Shown here in pieces: positions 62,901-64,000 of a stretch of DNA of 64,000 nucleotides. Origin of the DNA: Amphiura filiformis (taxonomy: Eukaryota); the NCBI RefSeq assembly GCF_039555335.1, contig NC_092646.1, positions 36,987,911 through 37,051,910 of the forward strand, in the 5' to 3' direction. A model generated the notes under the pieces. The model ran no database searches. It worked only from the letters and a program-made list of their open reading frames with translations, and was not told the DNA's origin. The stretch's first letter is position 1. Every line of letters begins with the position of its first letter. The position numbers and the translations under genes are program-made.

Positions 62901-64000
62901 CTTTCGGATCAAATGAGGGAGATAGTATCGCAGGATCTAAAAGTATTAATTCGGGTATAGCGCAAGGTGACGATCAAAGTAAACCTTCAGAAACATTTAC
63001 AGGTGATGCTTTGACCTCAGCGAAAGCAGATGAAGGTAGCTTGAACAAAGATGTTGCCACTTTTGAAAGACCTCAAGCAGGTCTGTCAGATATGGAATAT
63101 AGCAGTAACTCAGGGTGCCAGACATTCTCATCAACTGACGACATCATGACGCCAGTGAAAACTCCTTTGGAAACATGTGCAGATGATGTTTTGACCACAG
63201 TGAAAGCAGATGAAGGTAGCTTGAACAAAGATGTTGCCACTTTTGAAAGACCTCAAGCGGGTCATTCGGAAATGGAAGATAGAGGTAACTCAGGGTGGGA
63301 GACATTCTCCTCAACTGACGACATCATGACACCAGTGAAAACTCTTTTGGAAACATGTGCAGATGATGTTTTGACATCACTGAAAGCAGATGAAGGTAGC
63401 TTGAACAAAGATATTGCCACTATTGAAAGATCTCAAGCTGGTCAGTCGGAAATGGAACATGGAGGTAACTCAGGGTGGGAGACATTCTCCTCTACTGATG
63501 ACATCATGACGCCAGCAAAAACTGCGCTAAGTAGTGAACAGACTGCTGTAAATCGTGAACAATCCTTACCGGATTCAGACGAGGAAAATGCTGTATCACA
63601 AAGTACTAAATTAGATGTGGTGGAAGAAACAACTCTAACATGCAGCTCCAATATCAGCGATAGCAAGGATACAGTGCTAAAGTCATCATTGCCTATTTCT
63701 GAAATTTCGAAAGTTGAAATTACAAATGATGCTGTTGCCATGGAGAATGATCCAAGTGGCAAATGTGAAAATGTATCAGAGTCATTATTACCAAGTTCTG
63801 GTAAAACACAGGAAGTTTGTGCTGTGGAGATACATGAGGAAGGTCAATTGGACAAAGGGTCCTCTTTGTTAGGTTTAGACTCTAAAATTCAAAAACCTGA
63901 GATGCCAAATTCGGAACCCTTACAGGAGGCATCAGAAAGTGATGATTTTAGTCAAGAAAAAATTGCTGCAAGTGAAAAGGATCTGGATCCAGCAGGCATG
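59964..64000 (+). CDS. REV3L: REV3L-like giant exon, 3'-partial. More than 1340 codons are open to the window end. The product is a Ser/Asp/Glu-rich, low-complexity central region.
   Basis: Acceptor tttttttcctcacatag| at 59962-63. A single frame stays open for ~4.04 kb in sequence that is otherwise stop-rich. It joins in phase 1 to the previous exon. This is the counterpart of the ~4 kb exon known in vertebrate REV3L. The only minus-strand ORFs here are short antisense shadows. Confidence 0.85.

Noticed and set aside
60557-63762. Several minus-strand ORFs (60-106 aa) across 60.5-63.8 kb.
   Set aside because: They are antisense shadows of the >4 kb + strand REV3L exon. The sense frame is continuous and has the matching splice context.

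Overview
This window is AT-rich (roughly 64% A+T, estimated by eye), repeat-dense eukaryotic (metazoan) genomic DNA, not a prokaryotic locus. It contains one recognisable protein-coding gene on the + strand: a REV3L / DNA polymerase zeta catalytic-subunit orthologue. I can follow it through 13-14 GT..AG exons from 2719 to the window end, with intron phases consistent throughout and a continuous reading frame. The last exon is a giant open exon of more than 4 kb (59964 to beyond 64000), the counterpart of the ~4 kb exon of vertebrate REV3L. Upstream exons, including the start codon, and the 3' end lie outside the window. Everything else is intronic sequence packed with non-autonomous DNA transposons. 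Several families have TTAA termini, which suggests piggyBac-type origin. There are also long perfect foldback palindromes, a hairpin-forming repeat family at ten loci, a tRNA-derived SINE, a decayed Tc1/mariner element, an ~82-bp satellite array with a 0.7-kb segmental duplication, and a ~215-bp A-rich minisatellite. Nearly all ORFs in the supplied six-frame track are translations of repeats, palindromes or antisense shadows of the giant exon. I found no CRISPR array, rRNA, operon or defence system. The features most worth a second look are: splice-site-associated duplications (a 325-bp tandem triplication that copies an exon 3' end plus its donor, and a duplicated acceptor of another exon); a 38-nt GT..AG segment that must be removed to keep one exon in frame; repeat elements sitting 20-35 bp downstream of four consecutive splice donors; and a recent in-frame 180-bp x3.5 tandem repeat inside the giant exon.
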